From the NCBI GenBank assembly GCA_001724265.1, contig MEDY01000275.1:1-64000 (forward strand): a DNA stretch of 64,000 nt, given 5' to 3'. Positions 1-10,746 of the stretch are shown piece by piece. This DNA comes from Rhizaria sp. SCN 62-66. Its lineage: Eukaryota. Position numbers and translations under genes: made by a program. The notes under the pieces were generated by a model, which worked only from the letters and a program-made list of their open reading frames with translations, ran no database searches and was not told the origin of the DNA. Position 1 is the first letter of the stretch; each line of letters begins with the position of its first letter.

Positions 1-1
1 C

Positions 2-112
2 GGCGGCGTCGAGCACATCAAGGACTTCGAGGCCCAGCTCGAGATGGCCGGCGTCACCGTCGACCGCCCCGCTGAGGAGGAGGCCGTCGCCGAGGAGGTT
101 GCTGCTGAGTAA
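2..112 (+). CDS. 3' end of a gene truncated by the window edge, probably 40S ribosomal protein eS1 (S3a)
   Basis: Frame 2 reads GGVEHIKDFEAQLEMAGVTVDRPAEEEAVAEEVAAE then TAA (110-112), with strong C/G-ending codon bias. GVTVDRPA plus an acidic tail resembles the eS1 C-terminus (G-x-K-V-D/E-R-P/A). Only 36 codons are visible. Confidence 0.45.
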   Translation, partial: GGVEHIKDFEAQLEMAGVTVDRPAEEEAVAEEVAAE

Positions 113-1228
113 GCGCGCACTCTCTGAAGCAAAGCCCTTCTTCAAACAACCCAATACACGACTAGCCATGTAACAATCAATGCCGATGCTCTTGACATGT
201 GATATTATCTTGACTTGCTTGCTGTGAATGAACACTGTATCGTATCTCGTAACAGCCATAGTGAACGTATGAAGTGACCAGCAGCTTGAACAGCTGTGCG
301 AAATTCTGATATCGAACAATCACCACTATCACAAAATCATTTTTGTCTGCAGCTGTGATGATCATGGTTACGAGAGGCGTTGCTGTGCTTTCCGAGTCAT
401 ATGCATTCATGGAACAGTATTTGGTGTTCGTGTGAAGGATGGTGTATGGTGATGAATACAATTTTGATGTGTGTTTGTGTTACTTGCTGCGTCACATACT
501 CACATGAGGTCATAAATTGGGGGGGAGCTATAACTGTTTAATAAGACTATTTACGTAATACTGGCGTGTTAAACGGAAAGAAAAACAAACTAAAAGAAAC
601 CTCAATCTGTTATTACTTACACTGGTTCTGAACTGAAAAAGAAAAATATAAAAACAAAAAAGTAAAACGAATACATGTTGCTTCCGCAAAAACCGTGTCA
701 CGCTTGCACAGACAGCAACTGGCGATGATGATCAATGTGTTTCGTGCATACTAGAGAGTTGCTAAATATAGATAATATTCTACAGCAACAGCAGTCGTGT
801 TGCGCAATTGACATCGACAACATCGGCAAAAAGCCCCCAAGCATAAGTCGAAACAGTCAACAGGCAGACTCACTCACACAGAGTGACAGCGGCGACTGCT
901 ACCAACATGACGCCAATAGTGACTGTTGCTCATGAAGTGATTGCTGACAATGATTGTAGGCCATAAGCAACAAAGACGCGCAACACCGCAATGTGTGATT
1001 GCGTGCGCTGCAACACGGATGGTGCACACGACACATTTACTTGAAGAAAGAAAAGAGAACGCACGAGTCGCCCTGTTTGGTGCATTTTAAAAAGTCAAGT
1101 CGTTCATAAATGAGTAGCTCTAAATGCTACCCACACAAAGTCTATCACGCGTGTGTTCTTCCGAGCGTGTCGCTCTGTACAAGCAGAGAGTTCAAAGTAC
1201 GAAAGAACAATTTCCGCTCACTTCGCGC

Positions 1229-2232
1229 TTAGTGCTTGTCCTTGGACTCCCAGAGCACAATGCCGTAGGGCACGGCGAACATGGCGAGCACGTACACGGT
1301 GCCGACGGTGGGGTCCGCGACGTTGGCGAGCACCTGTTGCGAGATGTAAATGTAGACGGCGTACGCGGCGACCACGTACCACTTGCTGCGAAGCGTGGCG
1401 GCCTTGACGCGGCGGCCGTGCGTGAGCAGCCACGTGAGGGCGGCGCCGTAGATGCAGAGGATGATGGCCCAGTGGAGCGTGGCCGACTGCAGCGCGGCCG
1501 GCACGGGCAGGCGCAGGGCGTAGATGAGGCGCACAAGCGATAGCAGCAGGAAGGCTTCGTCGATCGAGAGGTAGTTGTTGCCGAGCTCGAAGAAGCCCGT
1601 GAAGGCGTGAACGGTGTGCACGGCCCAGAAGAGGAAGGTGAAAGCCCACACGCCCTGCGCCAGCACGGCCGGGTCGACCGAGAGCGTGTACTGCAGCCCG
1701 AGCGCGCCGGACCAGATGCCCACGGTGCCGTCCACGAAGTGGTCCAGGATCGCGCCGAACTCGGACGCCTGCTTCGTGCGGCGCGCGTGCTTGCCGTCCA
1801 TGTTGTCGAACATGTGGTAGAGCGTGAAGAGGATGAAGCCCCACCAGCGGTAGTCGTGGAACAGCGCGACGTTGGACAGAACCGCAAACACACCGCCCAG
1901 CAGCGTGATCGTGTTCGGGTGGATCGACGCAGGGAAAATGCGCACAAGCTTGTCGTAAGCAGGACTATGAGGAGAGTGTGGATGCGTAGCAAAAGAAAAT
2001 AATACGCAGCAGTGAGAAGGGAAAGCAGGCGAATGACGCAAAGAGTAGGGACGAGTGCGGGGTTCCGAGAGGAGGCGGTGAAGGCGGGAACTAGAAAGAC
2101 GGGAATATGCATTGGTCTCAAGCGAGAATGGAGTGAAAACAAGAGCTGAGGAAATTAATTAAAATGTGGTTTTTGGTTTTTCAAATCGTACCTCAGAAAT
2201 TTGCGGTAAATGATAGAGCCGTGATAAACCAT
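1229..2232 (-). CDS. CDP-alcohol phosphatidyltransferase (choline/ethanolamine phosphotransferase family), 2 exons, ~258 aa
   Basis: Exons 2232-2192 (MVYHGSIIYRKFL) and 1964-1229; intron GTACGA...CATAG, phase 2. Contains HPNTIT and the family motif DNMDGKHARRTKQASEFGAILDHFVD, followed by several hydrophobic helices. Stop TAA. Confidence 0.9.
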
Positions 2233-2659
2233 GGCTGAAGGGGTTCTACAGTGGGAGGCCAAGTTGCGACGCCGAAAAAAAGAGCGCATAGAATCGTGAG
2301 AGGTGTCCATAAACACGCAATAATTTCAAAATTAAGCGTGTGAACAAGTTAAATATCTTGCCCAAAACGCCTACATCCACTGACGGACACCTTAGCGAGT
2401 TAAACGCTTCTAACAATATATTGTTGTCCCGACCAATTGGGTGCGAGAGTGGTGCCATACGCTGGACACTTAGGACAGTGGCAGAGACGTCAACTTGAAC
2501 AGAGATACCATATCGGGATAACCTTAATGCTTCAAGTCAGAACGCACATATTGTGTTGAAAAAACACTTTATTATAAGATTTCGAGAAATATACTCCAGG
2601 ATATGAGAAACTGACCCCACACATACACCTCAGAAGAAAGACATGCGACTTAGGCAAAC

Positions 2660-4645
2660 TCACTTGTTGGCGTTAAAGTGCTCGGCGGCGAGCGCAAAGG
2701 CGGCCTTGCGAAGCTCCTTCTCGCCGGCCTCCTCGCCCGCGGCGGCGGCAGCGGCGGCGGCGGCGGGTACCCAGTGGTCCTTGGTGCGGCCGAAGTAGAT
2801 GTTGAGGTTCTCGCCCTTGGCGGGCTTGATGTTGACTGCGGGTGCGGCGCCGCCCTCCTCTTCCTCCTCCTCTTCCTCCTCGTCGTCGTCGTCGTCCTCG
2901 TCCTCGTCTTCCTCCTCCTCTTCGTCGTCCTCGTAGTCCTCGTCGTCGTCATCACGATTGTACGCCGACCGGCGGCCGTCATCCTTGTCGTCATCGTCGC
3001 CGTCGTCATCGTCGTTCTCGCCCAGGTCGGCGTCGTCATAGAACCACTCCTGCTTCGACAGGTCCGTCTCGCTCAGCGTCCACCATTGTCCGTTCTTGCC
3101 CTTGCGCGCGTCCATGTAGTGCAGGTCGTTCAGCGTCACCTCGCAGAGTCCGCGCTCAAAGACGCCGCCGAACACGAACACCAGGTTGCCGTGCACGCAA
3201 GTCATGGCGTTGCGCCGCGGCCACACGTAGCCCGTGCGGCGCGCGCCAGCGTCGCCGCTGTAGTCGTCACTGTCATCGTCGCCGCCGCCGTTATTGTCGC
3301 CGTCGTCGTCGTCGTCGTCGTCGCTGTTGGCCAGCATCGCCAGCGCCGCTAGCACCTCCGCGTCGTCCTCGTCGTCTGCGGCGCCCTTTTTGCCGCCCTT
3401 GCCTTTGCCCGCGCCCTTGTCGGAGACGGCCAGAGCCTTGACGCCGGCCTCGGCCTCCTCAACGGCGGCGGCAGCAGTGCTGGCGCTGTGGTGCGAGGGG
3501 TCCTGCCCGGCGTTGATCGCCACGGGCTCCCACGCGCGGCGCTTGACCGAGTAGGCCGTGACGTCGTTGTGGAACAGTGGCTCCGTGATCACGGCCAGCT
3601 CAGTGCCGCTCTCCTTGGCGGCGGCGGAGGCGGCGGCGTCCGCGGCGGCGTCGCCGGAGAGCGAATCGGGGTCACGCACGCCGCCGAACGAGTAGAGCCC
3701 GCCGCGGACCGAAAAAAGCGCGGCGCCAGAGCGGGGTGCGGGGGCGGCGCCTGCGGACTTGAGCTTGGTCCAGGTGAGCGTGGGCAGGTGCAGCGACCAG
3801 AGATCGGTGAGCACCGAGTGACGCTCCTCCATCGTCTTCTTGTTGCGCATGTGTGAGCAGTAGCCGCCGTACAGGTAGGCCGTGTCGGAGCCGGCGAGCA
3901 GGGTGAAGCCGAAGCCCGAGCGCGCCGAGGGCCAGGGCGCGACCGACGAGGCCGGGGCCGCCTTGGTCCAAGTACGCGAGTCGAGGTCGAAGACGTGAAG
4001 GTCGTCGTAGTACTTAATGTCCTGCACAGAATCGAAGAAGCCGCCGAAGACGTAGAGCTTGCGCTTGAAGTGCACCATGCGGTGGCCCGAGCGCGGGGCG
4101 GGCGGGTTGGCGGCCTTGATCTGCTCCCACGCGTAGCTCTTGAGGTCCAGTGCCCAAAGGTCGTTGTAGTGGCGGAAAAGCTGCGCGGGGGAAGTAAAGT
4201 CGCCGCCGAAGACGTACATGGTGCCCGAGCCCGGCTGGCTGCCCTGCGGGATCGCCACGGCCTGGTGCGACGTGCGCGGCGGCGGCGGGTTCACGGCGTT
4301 AATCTGGCGCCACTCGCGCTTGGCGACGTTGTACGTGTACAAGTCGTAAAAGGTCTCAACGTCGCGGCCGTTAAAGCACTCACCGCCCATAAGGAGGAGC
4401 TCATTCTTGCTCGGGTGCGCGACGAGGGTGCCATTGGCGCGCGGGGCAGGCACGCCGCAAACCTCGATCGACATGGTCTTACGCTTGGCGGCCTCGGCCA
4501 TGCGCGCAGATAGAGTCGCCTCGAGATCGTCATCGCCCATCAGCGCGCGGCCCGCCTTGGCTGCAGTGCGCGTCTGCTTCACGGCCTGCTTGGCCTGCTT
4601 GGCCTCCTTCTTGGCCGCTTTCTTAGCCTTGTCCTTTTTGGCCAT
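2660..4645 (-). CDS. KLHDC4: Kelch-repeat protein, KLHDC4/Kel3-like, with acidic region and DUF4110-like C-terminus, 661 aa
   Basis: Lys-rich N-terminus; kelch repeats (LLLMGGE, PPPRTSHQAV, VFGGDFTSP, PRSGHRM, LYVFGGF, ARSGF, YLYGGY); D/E tract; C-terminal PAKGENLNIYFGRTKDHW...KELRKAAFALA. Stop TGA. Confidence 0.85.
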   Translation of the reverse strand: MAKKDKAKKAAKKEAKQAKQAVKQTRTAAKAGRALMGDDDLEATLSARMAEAAKRKTMSIEVCGVPAPRANGTLVAHPSKNELLLMGGECFNGRDVETFYDLYTYNVAKREWRQINAVNPPPPRTSHQAVAIPQGSQPGSGTMYVFGGDFTSPAQLFRHYNDLWALDLKSYAWEQIKAANPPAPRSGHRMVHFKRKLYVFGGFFDSVQDIKYYDDLHVFDLDSRTWTKAAPASSVAPWPSARSGFGFTLLAGSDTAYLYGGYCSHMRNKKTMEERHSVLTDLWSLHLPTLTWTKLKSAGAAPAPRSGAALFSVRGGLYSFGGVRDPDSLSGDAAADAAASAAAKESGTELAVITEPLFHNDVTAYSVKRRAWEPVAINAGQDPSHHSASTAAAAVEEAEAGVKALAVSDKGAGKGKGGKKGAADDEDDAEVLAALAMLANSDDDDDDDGDNNGGGDDDSDDYSGDAGARRTGYVWPRRNAMTCVHGNLVFVFGGVFERGLCEVTLNDLHYMDARKGKNGQWWTLSETDLSKQEWFYDDADLGENDDDDGDDDDKDDGRRSAYNRDDDDEDYEDDEEEEEDEDEDDDDDEEEEEEEEEGGAAPAVNIKPAKGENLNIYFGRTKDHWVPAAAAAAAAAGEEAGEKELRKAAFALAAEHFNANK

Positions 4646-5410
4646 CGTGAGGGGACCGAGCTACAGCGTTTCGGGGAGGACAGAAAGTAGAATATAAATT
4701 TGGTTGTTATTGACGTGCGATAAAAGAGGGGGATAGAATTGTCTCACTTGTTTTAGAATAACGATGATAAATTCACGTGTCACGATGCGAAACACGATTT
4801 GTACCCCGGTTTCATTCCTTCTCTTGCATCTTCTTTCTCACCACGGTCATTCGACTCAACATTAACACCGAGATCCCAGCAGTTTAATCACAGTATCTCG
4901 TGTTTGTCTTGGTCGATCTTTTTCATTCTGCGATAATCTATTTGCCAGTTGAAATTGTGTATAAAACATGTTTATTTTTTATTGTATCTTTCTGTCTTCA
5001 GTGTATACTTGAATGTGACAATCTTTGCGTACCACCGGAGCCACTTTATAGCGCAGCAACAACGCTGTTGCGTCTCTCAACCATAGTAACGCAACCTAAT
5101 AATGGATTTCAAACCATATCCAGATGTATTTAGCCTCATAACTTAGTTGCACTCCAAGGTGTCGAGTATGAAGGGGCTCCGCAAATTGCTTTTTAAATAT
5201 CAGACTCCGTCTCACTCACGCTTGATTCACAAGGATATGATATGTTATATAAAAACATTTTATTAACTGCGTAATTATATTTATAACGTTAAGAAAGGCA
5301 ACTAGATGGCGTGAGAGATGTTAACTATATTATGTAAAATAATATTTATAACTAAGATTTTTGCTTTTCCTTCATAAATCGTATCATATCGCAAGTAAGT
5401 ACGATTGATC

Positions 5411-5493
5411 CCGCTGGTAGCTAAATGGTATAGCAGTCGACTGTAGAAGTTATAGAAATCGACGGGTTGGGTGTTCGATTCACTCCCGGCGGA
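5411..5493 (+). tRNA. tRNA-Tyr(GUA) with an 11-nt intron at 37/38
   Basis: Acceptor stem CCGCTGG/CCGGCGG with C1-G72 and discriminator A73 (eukaryotic Tyr identity); D-stem GCTA/TAGC; anticodon stem GTCGA/TCGAC; anticodon GTA at 5443-5445; intron 5447-5457 (AAGTTATAGAA); T-arm GGGTG-TTCGATT-CACTC. Confidence 0.93.
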
Positions 5494-5499
5494 CATATC

Positions 5500-5508
5500 T
5501 TTTTTTTT
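5500..5508 (+). terminator. RNA polymerase III oligo(T) terminator of tRNA-Tyr
   Basis: Run of 9 T starting 7 nt after the tRNA discriminator base. Confidence 0.8.
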
Positions 5509-5621
5509 GCGCGCTAGAACGCACCAAGCATTCTTTTTTTCGCACGTCGCCTTCGTTTTGGGTGGCAGACGTGCTCCCAGATCCGTTGTTCGGTTGGCTG
5601 CATCATCATGTTTTTTATGCG

Positions 5622-6151
5622 TGCTTCACTTTCTTATTGCGTGGCCACTGCGCAATGCACACGAGTTCCACCCGCCACTAAGCATCGCAATCCCCGTGAA
5701 TGCTTCCATGCGACCTTGTCCACTGCGTTTACTTCGCCCACCGTTATCCATCGTCACTGCACAGCGTGGAAGCTTTCTATCTAGGAAAGCTCGCTGCTAT
5801 ACTAGCATCTCGGAAGGATCAGCTCGCTGTTTCAGCTCGTTGTGATTTCACCCGCAACAAGCACAAAATCTCGCACCTCACGCGTCCGCCGGGCTGGATG
5901 ACACATGTTTTTAATCCGGATCGATCGTGACATGACAACATTGCCTGTCCATGCTATGCACTGATCATGGATTACAACGGTGGGCTGACATGGGTGAAGT
6001 AAACGGAAGTAAACGCAGCGGTGGGCGAGGTCGCATGGAAGCACTGACTGGGAGTGTGGAGTGCGATGTAAGTGGCGGGTGAAACTCACTGCAGGACGGA
6101 GCTGCAAGTGGGCACTGCACAGTGGCACGCACATAAGTAGGAACTGAGGCA
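5622..6151. repeat. Degenerate long inverted repeat (foldback/MITE-like); arms ~5622-5770 and ~5948-6151
   Basis: Perfect reverse-complement blocks: 5701-5716 vs 6028-6043 (16 bp), 5723-5735 vs 6006-6018 (13 bp), 5669-5679 vs 6071-6081 (11 bp). Gapped matches: 5737-5770 vs 5948-5984 and 5622-5660 vs 6110-6151. All blocks are collinear. Confidence 0.85.
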
Positions 6152-6726
6152 TGTAACAAGAAATAGGATAACTAACCGAGCAAGCAACCGCTATAAATAT
6201 TCGTAACTAGTAAGCTTACATGAGTGACTTGAACAAAGTATGATTTCTCATTCGTAGATCACCGACTGTATATCAACTGAAACAAGGTTGGCATAATGTG
6301 GGCATTATAGAATCTTCAATGCAACGCATAAAAATGGACTTGCATAACAATAATACGTAGATTTGGCGTGACAGATGAATGTTTTTTTGCCATTTGTGGC
6401 AGAAGGGACTGGGGACGCATAATCAATCTAGGACTGACACTTTGAAAATAGCATTTATAAGAAGTCGATAATGTAGATCTCATCAAGATGTGGCTTGAAA
6501 ATATTCAAATGCATCAATATTTTGGTAGCCATAGTTGTTTAGATATTGAAAATTGCGCAGATTCAATTCTGAAGCCTTTGCACGTGTGGACCGGAAAAAT
6601 CAAGTGGTGGGGCCGAAAAATACTTTCCTGCGATTGCGGGCTCGGTCGGTCACGATGAGGGTGGGACGTAAGATATGGCTGCAGCACAGTGTGTAATTAT
6701 CACATCGAGACGGGAATACTGAACCC

Positions 6727-9700
6727 ATGGCTACTCAGGTTTTTGCTGACATTTTGACAGCGGCTCGCTCTGCCGGTACGTTTTATCCGCCTAAATAAGG
6801 GTGCAATTAGCACTCTGGCGTCCACCGCCGCCAACAGCTGTTGGTCTGTGGGACTTCTTTCCACCTCCTCCTGTGCGCTTGTTTGGCTATGATGCGCTCT
6901 AAGCTCTTCTGATTCCGCTTTAAGTGCCCATGTTCTTTCCAGATACCACGTTTATTTCTGCTTCATCGATCGGTATCGCCGTCGTATTACTCTGGCGTTG
7001 ATTGCTGACCGTTGGGAGCTTGCACCGCTTCTCGAGCTTCGTCAGCTCTCAGCTCCATTATCACCCTCTTGCTCGCCCGTTGAAGAGTCAACTCTTCTCG
7101 GTATAGCATCACAAACACCCGTCTATTACATCAACTCACTTTCATTGCACATCTTCTTGATTCTATCCCATTTTTCCCCATTTCACCCGCTAACCGTCAC
7201 GCAACCCATCCCACGCCAAATTGCGTTCTCGGTCATATTTGCGCCTCCCCATCGCATGCTTGCGGTTTTTCCTTTTACCACAATATTAAACCCCTTCTTT
7301 CTTACTAATCTGACTTGTCATGCCCCGCTCTACGCGCAGATGCCGCGATCCGCGAGCCCGCGGTCGCGATGATGCGCCAGATGGAGGAAGAGAACCTCGT
7401 CAACTACCTCGGCTCCCTCGCCCAGGAGCTTGCCGACACGACCAAGGGCACTGACATCCGTATCCTTGCCGCGACGCAGCTCAACAACGCTGTGACGGCC
7501 CGCAGCGAGTCGAACCAGCAGCGTCTGGCGCTGCGTTACCTGGCACAGGACAACACTCTGCGCAGCATGGTGCGCGAGCTGCTCCTGCACGCGCTCTCCA
7601 CCATCGTCGGCACTACGGGCCAGGACCGCAACCTGCGCAACACCACGGCCAAGGTAATTGCCACCATTGCGTCGATCGAGCTGCCGTCGCAGCAGTGGCA
7701 GGACCTTGTCCCCAAGATCCTCTCGCTCGCGCGCGGCGACGCCTCCAACCCCGGGCTGCTGATCTCGGCCTTCACCACGCTGGGCTACATCTGCGAGGCT
7801 ATCCCGGGCGAGGACCTCCAGCCCATGGCGAACGAAATTCTCACGGTCATCGCCAGCGGCATGGCGACGACGCAGCCGCACGAGATCATCTCGTGCGCGA
7901 CCCACGCACTCACCGACGCGCTGCCCTTTTGCTCACAGAACTTCGAGCAGGAGGGCGAGCGCACGATGATCATGGGCATGATCTCGGGCGTCATGGCGAT
8001 CCCCAACCCGACGATCCAGATCGCCGCCTGGCAGTGCCTCGGCGAGATTGCGGAGAACTACTACGACTACCTGGGCGCCTACATCGGCGGCATCTACAAC
8101 GCGACCGTCAACACCATCACGTCGCTGCTCGACGCGCTGGGCGACAACCCGGTTGAGGACGAGGAGTCGGCCAAGGTGGCGATGCAGGCCATCGAGTTCT
8201 GGACCACGATCGGCCTCACCGAGCACAACATCATGGACCAGATGGCCGAGGACGACGACGAGGGCGAGCGCACCGAGGTCCGCCTGCTCAACTACTGCGC
8301 CGCCGCACGCGACCGCGGCTTCATGGCGCTGGTGCTGCGCGCGCTGACGAAGCAGAGCGAGGACGGCGACGAGGACGAGCTCACCCTAGCTTCGGCCGCC
8401 GGCGCCTGTCTAAACGAGTTCTGCTTCGTCATCGGCCCCCAGATCTGCGACGAAGTCGTCACCTGGGTGCGCACGTACATCGCGCACAACGACTGGCACT
8501 ACCGCGAGGCCGCGTGCTTCGCGCTGGGCTGCATCCTTGAGACGCATAACGTGCGCGAGCTGGCCGAGACGATGCTCATGGCCATGGACATGATCTTCGC
8601 GCTGCTCCGCGACGACAACATCCAGGTCCGCTCCTCGGCCGCGTGGTGCCTCAAGCAGGCCGCCTCGCGCCTCCCCGCGCTCTTCACGGACCCGGCACGG
8701 CTCAATATGTGCCTCACCTCGGTGCTGGCCTCGCTCGACGACGACATCCGCGTGGTCAAGTACACGTGCGCCGTCATCTACCACCTCACGGCGCAGACCG
8801 TGGAGAACGCCGACGACGAGCCCGAGGACGGCCAACTCGCCTACGGCTCCTTTTCGCCCTACTTTCAGGGCTTTGTCGAGAAGCTCATCTCGATTGCCGA
8901 CAACAGCACGGACTCGAACATGCACGTGTCGTGCTACGAGGCCGTGATGCAGCTCGTCAAGTTCTCCGCCGACGACGTCCACGACAACGTCGCCGCGCTG
9001 CTGCCGCTCTTCGCGCAGCGCCTGCACGGCATGGTGGCCTCGGTCGCGGGCGTCGTCGTGGGCGAGGACACGCTCTCGCGCCTCGAGGACATCGCGAACC
9101 TGCAGGCGCTCACGGTGTCGATCCTGCAGACGATCATGATCGTCATGTCCGCTGAGCAGATCGGTCCCCACGCCGACGGGCTCATGACGTCCTTCCTGGG
9201 CGTGCTGGCGGGCCCCACGATGGCGACGGGCACCAGCGTCGGCGAGGAGACGCTCATGGCCATCACCGAGTTCGCGGCCGAGGCCAAGACCGGGTTTATG
9301 AAGTACATGCCGACCTTCGTGCCGCACCTCGCCAAGGCGATCGAGGACCCCACGGACACGGACTTCTGCATCGCCGGTATCCGTGCGCTGTCGGCCATCT
9401 GTTGCGCGCTCGAGGGCATGTTGTCGCTCGACGACATGGACACGCTGCTAGGCGCGCTTCTGTCGTCCTTCTCGGCCAGCGAGAACGTGGACCGCCGCGT
9501 CAAGCTCACCATCGTCGAGGTCATGCCCGAGATCAAGATCTCGCTCGGCGCCAACTTCATGCGCTATCTGAGCAACTTCATGGCCGTGTTCGTGCCCGCG
9601 TCGCGCATGGCGCTCACGTCGGCGCATTCGGCTGACGACCTCGACGTCGACACGATCAACTTCCTCGTCGACCTGCAGGCCAAGTTCCTCACGGCGTACC

Positions 9701-10005
9701 TGTCGTTCCTCACGCTGGCCTACGACAACGTCGGCGAGCACCTCGCCGGCTCCATCGAGCCCATGGTGCAGTTCGCCGTCGCGCTCATGGCCGACCCCGA
9801 GCTCCGCTCGTCCACGCTCGTCATGGCCACCGAGTTCATCGGAGACTGCTGCATGCACGCTAAGTCCATCCACGCCGACATGCCCAAGATGCTCATCGAG
9901 TGGGGCGCCGGCACCGTCATCGAGCGCGCCGCCGGCTCCACCCGCAAGAAGCCCAAGAAGGCCGCCGTCGTTGCCCGCTCCCACTACGACGCCATGCTCC
10001 GGTAA
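6727..10005 (+). CDS. KPNB1: Importin subunit beta-1 (karyopherin beta), 2 exons, ~904 aa
   Basis: Exon 1 6727-6775 (MATQVFADILTAARSA), intron GTACGT...GCAG, exon 2 7340-10005. IBN_N-like region (RILAATQLNN), IELPSQQWQDLV, TLGYICE, MQAIEFWTTI, DWHYREAACFALGCILE; HEAT repeats. Stop TAA. Confidence 0.92.
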
Positions 10006-10746
10006 ACAACGCAAACACGAGAGTTTCTTAAGATGAGTGCTTTTGTTGAACGGTTTCCGTCTACACAAAGTGTGAACTTTGTAACGATGCAGCATCTGAC
10101 TGCTTTGTTGCTAAAGTAAGTGTGTGAAGTGTGAATGTGAGAGTGTATGTTCAGTGTTTGTGTGCTGTTTTATAACGTCTTTTTTTTTTTCCTTCAAAAC
10201 TGTTGTTGTTTGTTTTGTGTGTGCTTGTTTTTGTGACTCGGTAAGTCGGGGCGCAACAGGAACACTTACAGCAACAGGAGCAGAAATAGTGACAATATCA
10301 AAGTACACTGTACTATGTTATGAGCACGAGCAAGAACAAGAGTACGTTTTTGCTCTTGCAACTAGGCACGCAAACAAAAGTGGTGTAAGAAAAATAGCGT
10401 ATCGATGAGTTCGACATGTTTTGTTTGAATCAGACGTACGTTCGTAGTTAGTTGTCGTGATAAGACCAAGTTCGATCTCACAAAAGTTCGATATCACAAA
10501 AGTATATCAATATTAATAATAATCACAAATATAAGCAATAACAAAACAAAAAACAAAGAAATAAACACGTTTTTATATCATCAAAACCAACGGAAGCGCT
10601 GAGACATGAAAGTGTGGTTAGTATGAGACGAAATTATAAGTTGTATTTCGACATGTTCCCATTCTTAATATGGGATTGCTATATCACGGCCTTCTTGTTC
10701 TGTTTAATTAATCACAAATACAGCAACTATAACACTGTTGCGACCT

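Noticed and set aside
5471-6159. Similar peptides in opposite-strand ORFs (PVNASMRPCPLRLL vs PVSASMRPRPPLRLL)
   Set aside because: By-product of the DNA inverted repeat; the arms differ by frame-breaking indels, so these are not paralogous genes.
7315-7339. ORF-track starts for importin (7315), GLDC (23412), phosphotransferase (2041), 15402, 34002, 40640 and 42950
   Set aside because: They fall in intron 3' ends or mid-exon; upstream ATG exons with in-phase donors give better N-termini.
10468-10501. Two near-identical ~17-bp direct repeats (aagttcgatctcacaa / aagttcgatatcacaa)
   Set aside because: Simple local duplication in a convergent 3' region; no spacers, not CRISPR-like.
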